DNA of 32,000 nucleotides from an archaeon (GTDB lineage Archaea; Iainarchaeota; Iainarchaeia; Iainarchaeales; CSSED10-239): NCBI GenBank assembly GCA_041677685.1, contig JBAYPN010000003.1, positions 13,506 to 45,505 of the forward strand, read 5' to 3'. Shown piece by piece: positions 31,873 to 32,000 of this stretch (position 1 is its first letter; each line of letters starts with the position of its first letter). The notes under the pieces were generated by a model. It saw only the letters and a program-made list of their open reading frames with translations, ran no database searches and was not told where the DNA came from. The position numbers and the translations under genes were made by a program.

Positions 31873-32000
31873 TTATTTCCAACTATTACCAACATACACA
31901 CAAATCTTGCTACCCTTTGAAGTAAGCTTACAATTATTTTCTAAAGCATCTGGTTGGTTAACATAGATTGTTAAATAGTCAGAACCACCTAAGTCTAAAG
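31873..32000 (-). CDS. 3' end (41 codons plus TAA) of an upstream co-directional ORF. Product unknown.
   Basis: Hand translation of the minus strand from 31998 gives LDLGGSDYLTIYVNQPDALENNCKLTSKGSKICVYVGNSWK followed by TAA (31873-31875). The only support is a stop-free frame in AT-rich DNA and the same strand as all neighbours. Confidence 0.4.
   Translation of the reverse strand, partial: LDLGGSDYLTIYVNQPDALENNCKLTSKGSKICVYVGNSWK

Noticed and set aside
1-32000. Diversity-generating retroelement (template/variable repeat pair) targeting these surface proteins.
   Set aside because: The window contains no reverse-transcriptase ORF. No non-coding segment is long enough (the largest is 179 nt, nearly pure A/T) to be a template repeat. 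I saw no near-identical 100-bp repeat. A computational self-alignment would be needed to exclude it fully.
1-32000. Alternative genetic code (UGA or UAG reassignment).
   Set aside because: The standard code already gives uninterrupted ORFs of up to 7 kb. TGA (20386), TAG (7407, 15392) and TAA are all used as terminators, each followed by normal spacers and start signals.
1-32000. Eukaryotic origin (Asn-rich giant proteins in AT-rich DNA, as in Plasmodium or Dictyostelium), or a virus or prophage tail-fibre module.
   Set aside because: The spacers are 14-179 nt, all genes are co-directional, SD motifs sit 7-9 nt from ATGs and there are no introns. All of this argues for a prokaryotic operon-like locus. 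No capsid, terminase, integrase or other mobile-element gene is present. A viral origin cannot be excluded without the flanking sequence.

Overview
The window is very AT-rich and about 98% coding; intergenic DNA totals about 705 nt. Every gene I can support lies on the minus strand. I call nine CDS, about 10,400 codons in total.

Genes, in transcription order (high to low coordinates):
- The 3' end of an unknown ORF (31873-32000).
- An M6-type HExxH metalloprotease with two Ig-like C-terminal repeats.
- A 585-aa protein with a type IV pilin-like (class III) leader.
- A 2342-aa N-terminally anchored giant.
- A 1623-aa N-terminally anchored giant.
- A 279-aa secreted protein with 16 cysteines.
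- A 1325-aa protein that is extremely AT-rich and looks helical.
- A 1009-aa secreted protein.
- A third giant ORF (1-7317, at least 2439 codons). It is absent from the supplied ORF track because it runs off the window without a stop.

Every complete product starts with a signal peptide, a pilin-type leader or a signal anchor. I see no cytoplasmic enzyme, ATPase, RNA gene, CRISPR array or mobile-element gene.

The three giants are paralogues. They share a cytoplasmic leader motif, one TM segment, tandem CarboxypepD_reg-like beta-sandwich repeats, a shared D[DS][IL]xYIKxI core and Cys-bracketed Ig-like segments. A roughly 900-aa C-module exists in three forms: fused in the 1-7317 ORF, free-standing as the 1009-aa protein, and shortened and diverged at the C-terminus of the 2342-aa protein.

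Expression signals fall into two classes. TATA-like boxes sit near -23 to -34 of the ATG, without a Shine-Dalgarno (SD) motif, in front of the three upstream genes. GGTG/GAGG-type SD motifs sit 7-9 nt upstream of four downstream genes.

I read these signals, the pilin-like leader lacking Glu+5 and the protein architecture as most consistent with a small-genome AT-rich archaeon (DPANN-like). This is inference; a CPR-type bacterium or a virus cannot be excluded from this window.

All translations outside the ORF track were done by hand. No database search or structure prediction was possible.
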